Source: Candidatus Dadabacteria bacterium (GTDB taxonomy: Bacteria; Desulfobacterota_D; UBA1144; Nemesobacterales; Nemesobacteraceae). Taken from it: a stretch of DNA of 64,000 nt. Positions 56,194-64,000 of the stretch are shown here, piece after piece. The notes beneath the pieces are model-generated. The model was not told the DNA's origin, did not search any database, and saw nothing but the letters and a program-made list of their open reading frames with translations. The stretch covers positions 18,508-82,507 of the forward strand of contig OX638332.1 of NCBI GenBank assembly GCA_951812735.1, in the 5' to 3' direction. Each line of letters starts with the position of its first letter. Position 1 is the stretch's first letter. Both the position numbers and the translations under genes were made by a program.

Positions 56194-57651
56194 GTGAAGA
56201 TTAAAATACACGGGATTTTCTTAAGTTTGTTTTTTGCACTTGGTGTTAGTTTCTTATTCGGCACCGAAACGTCCGCTCATGAATACAGGGGTTATTCCCA
56301 CAGGTCGGACCTCGATGTAAGTGCGGAAAACGTCGGTATTGGAGATGTAGATTATGCGGATTCCATAGAAAAAATAACTCTTCACATAGCAGAGCACATT
56401 GCCCTGATTCAGGGGGACTCAAGCCTCAGCCGCCCGGAGCAAGCCAAAGAATTGGTGATACTGGCACAACGGACGAGGGAGCGTGGGGTCTTCAATAACG
56501 GCGAGGTCTACTTCATACTTGTAAATCCCGAGGGATATATAGTAAATCACGGGTTGTATTCCGACCTGCATTTCAGCAAGTATCTCCCTTCTTTCGAGTT
56601 TAGAGATGAGAGCGGCATGACGACCGGAACTGTGCAGACACTGCTCGACAGCGAGGGCGAGGACCCGACATGCGTAGATTACCACTATGACGGACAAGAT
56701 AGAAAGGTATGTGCAATGGGTACGGAGGTCTTCTCCGCCGGTGGCCATACAATCATTGTAATGGGTCTTCATCACGCAAAGGATGACTATGATCTAATCG
56801 AGAGAGACAATCCTAACTGCAATGACCCCCTGTTTAGCCTTCCCGTCACTGCAAAGCAGGTCAACGATGAGGAAGACCCGGAAGAGAAGGAAGAACTTCT
56901 CAAGCAATATGTAAAAGCAGTTGCCGAGAAATTCAAAGAACGTCAGGACAGGGTAGCATCGGAACTACTCGAAGATGACCCTGACCTCGTCCGTCTTGCC
57001 ACAGGACTTGTTCAGGACAGCACACCGGAACAGATACAGTCTGCGGGGGAAGAACTCGAAGAAGAATCTGTCCGGATATCTCTCAGGACAACAGGCTGTA
57101 TCGGCAAAGGAGATTACAGCGAGGGTTCTATATATCCTTTCATGCTGGAACCAGTCGAGGGCCTCGCTGTTCTAAACGGACTTGATTTTCATCTCTACGG
57201 AGTAAGCGTCTCGTTAACCGACCCTGACCCGATTCAGTGCGACGGAGCAAATATTCTGGAGGCTTTTCGCAATGTAGTGACAGATGGAAGCGGAGACCTA
57301 GCGGATTTGGCAGTGGGGAATAACGGCTTCGTTACGTATCATTGGGACCACCCCGAGCTTGAGGACAACAACGAGGGATATCTTGAAAAAGACGAAGTCC
57401 CAGGCTTCTCCATAAAGAAAAGCTATATTGAGGTGATAGACGTAACACCACCTGAGTTTTCCGCTCTTGCTCCTCCGTCTTGGCGTATCGTCGGTTCAGG
57501 AATTTATCTCGACGACGCAGAATACTGTAAAGAGGGGGACGAAGGGTGCGCAATTGCCGCAACCGCCAATACGCCTCAAAGCACTTTGCTTAACCTGTTT
57601 TTGATAGCGTCCGTCTTGTTCTCGGCTGTTTTCTTGAGAAAGCATATTTAG
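56194..57651 (+). CDS. Secreted tandem Cache-like domain protein with Gly-Cys/TM/basic C-terminal tail
   Basis: Signal peptide; two repeats (GEVYFILVNPEGYIVNHG and GSIYPFMLEPVEGLAVLNG); GFVTYHWDHP...KKSYI...IVGSGIY; tail EGCAIAATANTPQSTLLNLFLIASVLFSAVFLRKHI. Confidence 0.7.
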   Translation: MKIKIHGIFLSLFFALGVSFLFGTETSAHEYRGYSHRSDLDVSAENVGIGDVDYADSIEKITLHIAEHIALIQGDSSLSRPEQAKELVILAQRTRERGVFNNGEVYFILVNPEGYIVNHGLYSDLHFSKYLPSFEFRDESGMTTGTVQTLLDSEGEDPTCVDYHYDGQDRKVCAMGTEVFSAGGHTIIVMGLHHAKDDYDLIERDNPNCNDPLFSLPVTAKQVNDEEDPEEKEELLKQYVKAVAEKFKERQDRVASELLEDDPDLVRLATGLVQDSTPEQIQSAGEELEEESVRISLRTTGCIGKGDYSEGSIYPFMLEPVEGLAVLNGLDFHLYGVSVSLTDPDPIQCDGANILEAFRNVVTDGSGDLADLAVGNNGFVTYHWDHPELEDNNEGYLEKDEVPGFSIKKSYIEVIDVTPPEFSALAPPSWRIVGSGIYLDDAEYCKEGDEGCAIAATANTPQSTLLNLFLIASVLFSAVFLRKHI

Positions 57652-57720
57652 ACAGAGCAGGCGAAACGAAGGAACTGGGAATTCTCTCCCGGCTGGATAT
57701 ACCCCTCCCCGAATTTTCCC

Positions 57721-57774
57721 TTGACAACACATCGGTTTTTGCTAGAATTAAAAAGAAATTTAGACAAGGCTAAA
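57721..57774 (+). promoter_or_regulatory. Promoter plus DtxR/MntR-type operator of the metal uptake operon
   Basis: TTGACA, 16 bp, TAGAAT (extended TG); inverted repeat TTTAG-N6-CTAAA at 57759-57774. Confidence 0.7.
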
Positions 57775-57831
57775 ATAATTTTTTGCCTGTATGAATCTTA
57801 GGCGATCTTTTTGGAGATTAGAGAGGAAAAA

Positions 57832-58491
57832 ATGCTTTCGCAGTCAATAGAAGATTACCTCAAAGCCATTTACGAGATTGAGAGTTCCGAAGGGAAGGTT
57901 TCAACAAGCGCGCTTTCGGAAAAACTGGGCGTGTCCCCGGCTTCGGTGACAAGCATGGTGAAAAAGCTCTCTGAGAGAAAGCTCATAACCCACAAGCGCT
58001 ACCAGGGAGTGAAGCTTACCCCCGCGGGCAGGAAAATAGCCCTTGAAATAATCAGGCACCACAGGCTTGTTGAGCTTTACCTCAAGGAGGCGCTCGGAGT
58101 TCCCTGGGATCAAGTGCACCAGGAAGCCGAAAAATGGGAGCATGTGCTCTCGGAGGATCTTGAGGACAGGATTGACAAGTTCCTGGGCTATCCAGTCACC
58201 GACCCGCACGGTTCTCCGATTCCGCGGCGGGACGGCACCATGATTGTAAGGCAGTGCAACGCCCTTGTGGACGTGGAGCCGGACACTCTGGTGAAAGTGG
58301 TTGAGGTGAGCGATCACGACCCGGAACTGCTTCGCTATCTGGGCGGGATAGGTCTTTACCCGGAAACCGAGATGACGGTTGTTTCGAAGCAGCCGTTTAA
58401 GGGCCCCATAATTGTTGAACTGACCGGGAAGGAGCACCCCATAGGACGAAACGCGGCCAAGTACATAATGGTTGAGAAAGCGAGAAACTGA
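57832..58491 (+). CDS. mntR: DtxR/MntR-family metal-dependent repressor with FeoA-like domain
   Basis: EDYLKAIY, RHHRLVELYL, EAEKWEH, DPHGSPIP. Confidence 0.92.
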   Translation: MLSQSIEDYLKAIYEIESSEGKVSTSALSEKLGVSPASVTSMVKKLSERKLITHKRYQGVKLTPAGRKIALEIIRHHRLVELYLKEALGVPWDQVHQEAEKWEHVLSEDLEDRIDKFLGYPVTDPHGSPIPRRDGTMIVRQCNALVDVEPDTLVKVVEVSDHDPELLRYLGGIGLYPETEMTVVSKQPFKGPIIVELTGKEHPIGRNAAKYIMVEKARN

Positions 58492-58499
58492 GAGAAAAA

Positions 58500-59483
58500 A
58501 TGAGAGTCATAACGGGTATGCGGTTTTTGCTGCTGTCTGCGCTGCTGGTCTTCTGCGCGGCCTGCGCTGAGAGCAGCGGAAGTATAAAAAGAGAAGGCGT
58601 TATAAAGGTGGTTACGACCACGGGAATGGTCGGAGATCTTGTTAAGAACATCGCCGGGGAGGTAGTAGAAGTAACTTCCCTCATGGGGACGGGGGTTGAC
58701 CCGCATCTCTACAAGGCAAGCGCCAGGGACGTGGGGAAGCTTGCCGGCGCCGACATGATTTTCTATAATGGCCTTCATCTTGAGGGCAAGATTACGGATG
58801 TTCTGGGGCAGATGAGAAAAAGCGGAGTATTCACCGTGGGTGTCGCGGAGGGAATTGACGAGTCCCTGCTTGTTTCTCCTGAAGAATATGAAGGATATTA
58901 CGACCCGCATATCTGGTTTGACGTGGCGCTGTGGAAAAAGGCGGCTAAGGTGGTAATGGAAGCGTTTTCTCTCTACGATCCTGAAAACGCCCCCGTTTAC
59001 AGGAGCAACACTGAATCCTACCTCAAAGAACTTGACCTCCTGCAGACTTACATACAGAAGAAAATCGCCACGCTGCGACCCGAAAGAAGGGTGCTTATAA
59101 CGGCTCATGACGCGTTTAATTATTTCGGAAAGGGCTACGGCTTTGAAGTTATGGGGCTCCAGGGGATAAGCACTGATTCTGAGGCCAGCGTCGCGGACAT
59201 AAAGAACCTCTCAAAGACAATCACCGAGCGGAAAATTCCAGCCGTTTTCGTTGAGACTTCGATCTCTCCAAGATACATGCGCGCCCTCAGGGCCTCTGTA
59301 AAGGCAAGAGGTTTTGATGTTCGTATAGGCGGCAGCCTTTACTCCGATTCAATGGGCAGCCCGGAAACGGAAGAAGGCAGCTACATAGGGATGTTCAAGA
59401 GCAACGTGGATACGATAGTTGAGTCACTTAGCCGCAGTATCGAAGTTGCCGACTCCGAAGCCAAGGCCGCCGGAGATGGGTGA
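58500..59483 (+). CDS. troA: TroA/MntA-type Mn/Zn/Fe ABC substrate-binding lipoprotein
   Basis: GVDPHLY, DPHIWFD, TAHDAF, SDSMG. Confidence 0.9.
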   Translation: MRVITGMRFLLLSALLVFCAACAESSGSIKREGVIKVVTTTGMVGDLVKNIAGEVVEVTSLMGTGVDPHLYKASARDVGKLAGADMIFYNGLHLEGKITDVLGQMRKSGVFTVGVAEGIDESLLVSPEEYEGYYDPHIWFDVALWKKAAKVVMEAFSLYDPENAPVYRSNTESYLKELDLLQTYIQKKIATLRPERRVLITAHDAFNYFGKGYGFEVMGLQGISTDSEASVADIKNLSKTITERKIPAVFVETSISPRYMRALRASVKARGFDVRIGGSLYSDSMGSPETEEGSYIGMFKSNVDTIVESLSRSIEVADSEAKAAGDG

Positions 59484-60259
59484 TGAGCGGAAGAGGGGAA
59501 AATCCGGTCGCTCCGGCGATCCGTGTGACGGACCTCACGGTTGCTTACGGCGACAAGACCGTTCTTTGGGATATAGATCTTGAAATTCCAAAGGGATCGA
59601 TGGTTGCAGTTGTGGGGCCAAACGGCGCCGGCAAGACAACGCTCATAAAATCCATACAGGGTCTTCTTCCCCGCGTCGCGGGGGTCATATCCATCCACGG
59701 CAAATCTTACGAAAAGCAGAGAAAAGAAGTCAGTTACGTTCCCCAGAGAGGTTCTGTGGACTGGGATTTTCCAACGTCCGTTGTGGATACGGTGAAAATG
59801 GGAAGTTACGGGGACCTTGGATGGATAAGGCGTCCCGGAAGAAAGGAACACGAAAAGGCGCTCGGTGCGCTTGAGAAAGTCGATATGCTTGAGTTTGCCC
59901 AGAGGCAGATAAGCCAGCTCTCGGGGGGACAGCAGCAGAGGGTCTTTCTCGCGAGAGCCCTTGTTCAGAGTGCCTCGGTCTATCTGCTTGATGAGCCTTT
60001 CCAGGGGGTTGACGCCACGACCGAAAAAGCGATAGTCACGATACTGAAAGAGCTTGTCGGCGGGGGGAAGACGGTGCTCGCGGTTCATCACGACCTTAAC
60101 ACAGTTTCCGAGTACTACGAACGTATTGCCATTCTTAACGTGGGGCTTGTGGCATCGGGAAGGGTGGAGGATGTTTTCAATTCCGAGAACCTGATGAAGG
60201 CTTACGGGGGCAAAACCTCCTTTTTCCCCGAGAGAAAAGCGGCCAAAAGGGCAGTGTGA
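59480..60259 (+). CDS. troB: Metal ABC transporter ATPase
   Basis: GPNGAGKT, LSGGQQQR, LLDEP, VHHDL. Confidence 0.92.
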   Translation: MMSGRGENPVAPAIRVTDLTVAYGDKTVLWDIDLEIPKGSMVAVVGPNGAGKTTLIKSIQGLLPRVAGVISIHGKSYEKQRKEVSYVPQRGSVDWDFPTSVVDTVKMGSYGDLGWIRRPGRKEHEKALGALEKVDMLEFAQRQISQLSGGQQQRVFLARALVQSASVYLLDEPFQGVDATTEKAIVTILKELVGGGKTVLAVHHDLNTVSEYYERIAILNVGLVASGRVEDVFNSENLMKAYGGKTSFFPERKAAKRAV

Positions 60260-61383
60260 TGCTTGAATTTGCGGTTGAGCTTTTCTCTGACTATACGGCC
60301 AGGACCATTTTGCTTGGAGCGGCTTCTCTCGGAGTCGTAAGCGGCGTGGTGGGCTCGTACGCGGTGCTTAGAAAGCAGAGCCTCGTGGGTGACGTCATGT
60401 CTCACGCGGCGCTTCCCGGAATAGTGCTTGCCTTCATGATAGTGGGAGTTAAGGAACAGCTCCCGATTTTTATCGGGGCCGCTCTCTCCGCCGTTCTGGC
60501 GGTTTTTGTAATCAATCTCGTAACGCGGAATTCAAGGGTAAAGACTGACAGCGCTATGGGAATAGCGCTTTCGGTTTTTTTCGGGCTGGGGCTTGTTCTT
60601 TTAACCTACGTGCAGAGAATGCCCGATGCCAATCAGGCGGGGCTCGATAAGTTCCTTTTCGGTCAGGCCGAGGCGCTTGTCGAAAAAGACGTTCTGATTA
60701 TAGGTCTTACGGGTTTTTTCGCCCTTTTGGTCGTGGGACTTTTCTGGAAGGAGTTCAAGCTTCTCTGTTTCGACCCGGATTTCGGCGGGACCATGGGTTT
60801 TTCCATGAAGTCTCTCGACATACTCGTTACGGCCGTAATAGTTTCGGCAATAGTGATCGGGCTGCAGACCGTAGGGGTCGTGCTCATGAGCTCAATGCTG
60901 ATCGCTCCCGCGGTTGCGGCTAGGCAGTGGACCGGCACCATGGGTTCTATGGTGATTCTCGCGGCCATTATAGCGGCGGTCTCTGGTGTTACTGGCGTTG
61001 CGCTTAGTGCCGGGTTCGAGAACGTACCGACTGGACCCGCTGTTATAGTCTGCGTGAGCGTCATCGCTTTTTTTTCCGTTCTTTTCTCCCCGAACGGATT
61101 TTTCACCCTGAAACTCAAAGACGCGCGAAGCAGGAGGGAAATAAAAAAGGATTACGTCCTAAAAGCCCTGCACGATCTTGCGCTTGAGCATGATGACCCC
61201 GGCTACGCGCACTCTGAGAGGCTGCTTGCGCTTGGAAGCGAGAAGGGGTTTAGCGTTAAAAAAAGTCTCTGGGCACTTCGGACGGCGGGATACGTGGAAA
61301 GTGTGGGGGAAGACAACTGGCGTCTTACCCAAAGCGGTATTCGCGAGGTTAAGAAACTTTCCCCGTTGGAGAAAGACCTATGA
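60256..61383 (+). CDS. troC: Metal ABC permease with C-terminal winged-helix extension
   Basis: GDVMSHAALPG, FLFGQ, PAVAARQWT; tail ending WRLTQSG. Confidence 0.88.
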   Translation: MMLEFAVELFSDYTARTILLGAASLGVVSGVVGSYAVLRKQSLVGDVMSHAALPGIVLAFMIVGVKEQLPIFIGAALSAVLAVFVINLVTRNSRVKTDSAMGIALSVFFGLGLVLLTYVQRMPDANQAGLDKFLFGQAEALVEKDVLIIGLTGFFALLVVGLFWKEFKLLCFDPDFGGTMGFSMKSLDILVTAVIVSAIVIGLQTVGVVLMSSMLIAPAVAARQWTGTMGSMVILAAIIAAVSGVTGVALSAGFENVPTGPAVIVCVSVIAFFSVLFSPNGFFTLKLKDARSRREIKKDYVLKALHDLALEHDDPGYAHSERLLALGSEKGFSVKKSLWALRTAGYVESVGEDNWRLTQSGIREVKKLSPLEKDL

Positions 61384-62480
61384 GTCCGCATCAGTTCGAT
61401 ATACAGCTGGTAGCCATTATAGTGGCGGCTTCATGCTCCATACCCGGGGCGTTTCTTGTTCTCAGAAGAATGTCCATGATGACCGATGCGATCAGCCACT
61501 CCATTCTGCTCGGCATAATACTCGCTTTTTTCCTCGTAAAGGACTTGTCGTCGCCGATTCTCATAATAGGGGCTGCCGCAAGCGGAGTGCTTGCGATTTC
61601 CCTCATAGAGGCGGTCAACCGCTCAAGGCTGGTGAAAAAGGACGCGTCCATAGGAATCGTCTTCCCGTTTCTTTTCAGCGTGGCGGTCATACTGCTTTCC
61701 AAATACGCGCGAAACGTGCATATCGACACCCACTCCGTGCTTCTTGGGGAGATAGCGTTTGCTCCTTTTGACCGGTTCATTCTCTCGGGGATGGACATGG
61801 GACCCAAATCGGCCTACGTGATGGGTTCAATTCTTCTTTTGAACCTGTTTTTTATCTCCTTTTTCTACAAGGAACTCAAGGTGTCGACTTTTGACGAGAG
61901 CTTCGCGTCGTCAATAGGCTTTCGTCCCCGCCTGATTCACTATCTGCTTATGGCGGTCGTGTCGTTTACCTGCGTGGGAGCGTTTGACGCCGTGGGCTCG
62001 ATACTGGTTATAGCTCTCATAGTGATTCCGCCTTGCTGCGCCTATCTTCTTACGGATTCGCTTTCCAGGATGATTTTCCTGAGCGTGGTTTTCGGCATTT
62101 CGGCTGCCATCTCCGGATTCTGGGTCGCCAACTGGCTTGACGTAAACATAGCGGGCTCAATGGCCTTTGTGTGCGGTGTGTTTTTCCTTGTGGTTTTTCT
62201 CCTTGCTCCAGAAAGGGGACTTTTCGGCATAATGAGAGAAAAAAGGAGACAGAGAATGGATTTTGCCGAGGCCTCGCTTCTCGTGAGTCTCTACAATCAG
62301 GAAAAAGGGGAAGCGGTAAAAAACCATCCCGACAGCAGGGGGATGTTTCAGTCCACTGACTTCGCCTCGAAAGTGGTCGGGTTTCTAAAAGGGAAGGGGG
62401 AAATAGCCGTTACGGGTGGAGGGCTTTTTCTTACTGAGAAAGGAAGAGAAAGAGCACGGATGACTTTGGAAGGGAGATAG
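61380..62480 (+). CDS. troD: Metal ABC permease with C-terminal extension
   Basis: DAISHSILLG, HIDTHSVLLGE, AFDAVG; tail ending LTEKGRERA. Confidence 0.88.
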   Translation: MSPHQFDIQLVAIIVAASCSIPGAFLVLRRMSMMTDAISHSILLGIILAFFLVKDLSSPILIIGAAASGVLAISLIEAVNRSRLVKKDASIGIVFPFLFSVAVILLSKYARNVHIDTHSVLLGEIAFAPFDRFILSGMDMGPKSAYVMGSILLLNLFFISFFYKELKVSTFDESFASSIGFRPRLIHYLLMAVVSFTCVGAFDAVGSILVIALIVIPPCCAYLLTDSLSRMIFLSVVFGISAAISGFWVANWLDVNIAGSMAFVCGVFFLVVFLLAPERGLFGIMREKRRQRMDFAEASLLVSLYNQEKGEAVKNHPDSRGMFQSTDFASKVVGFLKGKGEIAVTGGGLFLTEKGRERARMTLEGR

Positions 62481-62510
62481 TTTGCGGCAATGAACGGAGA
62501 AAGGCCTAGC

Positions 62511-63200
62511 TCATAGTATTTCAATTTCCTCCGCATCCACGGTCTTACCTATGAGCAGTTCCCCCTTATGTACCCTGATCTTGCGTCCCTCGACTATTTC
62601 TTCACACGGAAGATTTCGTTCGTCGTCTCTTTCTATATTTGTTCCTGATGTTAGATTGACTGCTACTTCTGTTTCGCTGCCCTCAGATGATATTGTTACC
62701 TTTATGCTTCCGGTCTTTGAGGTCTCACTAAAACAGTTTTTCGAGTCTACCTGCCCCTCAAAATCTACGTTAATGTAACCATAGTTTGTGACTCCATTCT
62801 CGATGGAGATATCTTGAATGTCGACCGTCGCCCCGGGGAAAACGGGAACCCTTATCGTGCCTAGCGGAGGATTTTCATTCCCGCTCTCAAGAATTTCAAG
62901 CTCAGCTGTTGGATCGAGATTACCCTCTATGTAAAAATCGTTCCCTATAGAGGTTGTATCCTCGCAGCAAGCTACTGTTTCGTTTACTACACTTGCTCTC
63001 ACAATAAGGTTTGAATTTCTGTCTATATCTGGAATTTCCTTGATGAATCCCATAATTACTTCATTTTCTTCCACATCATCGTCATTCCCGGTTCCGCCCC
63101 CAAAATCGATATCCAGGCCACATCCTGAAACTGCGAATAAGGAAATAAAAAGGAAAAACAGGTAGATTTTCACCGCGCTTGCGCGGGTTTCGGTATGCAT
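62511..63200 (-). CDS. Hypothetical lipoprotein, C-terminal DUF5666-like beta domain
   Basis: Lipobox VSGC; acidic and beta-rich; ends G.K.RV...AEEIEIL. Confidence 0.6.
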   Translation of the reverse strand: MHTETRASAVKIYLFFLFISLFAVSGCGLDIDFGGGTGNDDDVEENEVIMGFIKEIPDIDRNSNLIVRASVVNETVACCEDTTSIGNDFYIEGNLDPTAELEILESGNENPPLGTIRVPVFPGATVDIQDISIENGVTNYGYINVDFEGQVDSKNCFSETSKTGSIKVTISSEGSETEVAVNLTSGTNIERDDERNLPCEEIVEGRKIRVHKGELLIGKTVDAEEIEIL

Positions 63201-63314
63201 TACGATCCTCTGATTTTTAGTTTGCTTACGGTAAATGATAACATGAAATTTGTATTAGTTTATTTTTCCGTTCCGCTCTAACGTTCCGGGCATTCTACCT
63301 CAATATCCGCCGAT

Positions 63315-64000
63315 ATGAAAAAAACAAACGTACTTTTTATCAACCACTCGGTAAGGGATGGAGGACCGGGAAGAAGTCTCCTCTACATACTTAAGTATAT
63401 CGACCGGGAAAAAATAAATCCATTTGTGCTTGTCCCGAAACACGACATATTTTCTGAGAGCCTGAAATCCGAGGGCATTTTTGAAAACGTCATAGTCGAC
63501 CCCAGGTTTCCCGAGAACATACAGAAATCAACAGTGGTAGCGGATACCAAACGGGCCCCTGGTCTGCTAAGAGTTTTCTCCATAGTCGTAAACATAGTGA
63601 ACATGCTCCGTCTGCTCTGCGATTCCCCGAAGATAGTCAGGCAGAATGGAATCGACATTATCTACTGCAACGGAACCCTCGCCAAAATTGTTGGAACTCT
63701 GATCGGAAGAAAAAATAAAAAACCCGTTATCTGGCATGTAAGGAACATACAGCAGACATGGTTTATGAAATCTCTCATGGAAACACTCTCGGGGTTTCAG
63801 TGCGTGAAAAAGATAGTATGCGTTTCCCGGGCCACGGCCGAGCCGTTTAAGAGAGTAAAAAGCAAGGTTCACGTCGTCTATAACGGCATCGACCCTTCGG
63901 ATTTCGACAGGGACTCTATACGGGGTTCTCTTAGAGAGGAGTTCTCCATACCCGCTGATACTGTGCTCGTCGGAAACACAGGAAGGGTCGTCCCCAGAAA
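63315..64000 (+). CDS. Glycosyltransferase family 4 (3' end runs off the window)
   Basis: Manual translation MKKTNVLFINHSVRDGGPGRSL...VIWHVR...CVSRAT...VVYNGID...GRVVPR. Confidence 0.85.
   Translation, partial: MKKTNVLFINHSVRDGGPGRSLLYILKYIDREKINPFVLVPKHDIFSESLKSEGIFENVIVDPRFPENIQKSTVVADTKRAPGLLRVFSIVVNIVNMLRLLCDSPKIVRQNGIDIIYCNGTLAKIVGTLIGRKNKKPVIWHVRNIQQTWFMKSLMETLSGFQCVKKIVCVSRATAEPFKRVKSKVHVVYNGIDPSDFDRDSIRGSLREEFSIPADTVLVGNTGRVVPR

Overview
Bacterial chromosomal window made mostly of housekeeping genes, with single accessory genes inserted between them. The 16S signatures and gene style suggest Ca. Dadabacteria, possibly sponge-associated; this is inference, not a search result. Core content: cysS (partial), an rrn locus (16S, tRNA-Ile, tRNA-Ala, 23S, no linked 5S), rmuC, a FabL-like reductase, sucD, yicC, dapB-tgt-yajC-secDF, pheS, dcd, gyrB, nuoG-nuoH, tatA/B, hisS, trxA, an RND pump, fumC, addBA, tRNA-Arg and a DtxR-regulated TroABCD-type metal transporter. 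Accessory content: two type II toxin-antitoxin pairs, an intact IS256 with 8-bp target duplication, a GIY-YIG nuclease, a PLP aromatic amino acid decarboxylase, an alpha carbonic anhydrase, a PQQ dehydrogenase and a glutaminyl cyclase. Best candidates for undescribed biology: (1) a secreted tandem Cache-like protein with no signalling output and a Gly-Cys/TM/basic C-terminal sorting-type tail; (2) an oxoprolinase/hydantoinase-B fused to an M19 dipeptidase; (3) a free-standing GIY-YIG/zinc-ribbon nuclease with its own promoter; (4) an rrn operon with vapBC where 5S normally sits; (5) repeated splitting of normally linked genes; (6) an apparent ATA start for sucD. No CRISPR array, prophage or multi-gene defence island was seen. 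All product calls rest on motif recognition by eye.
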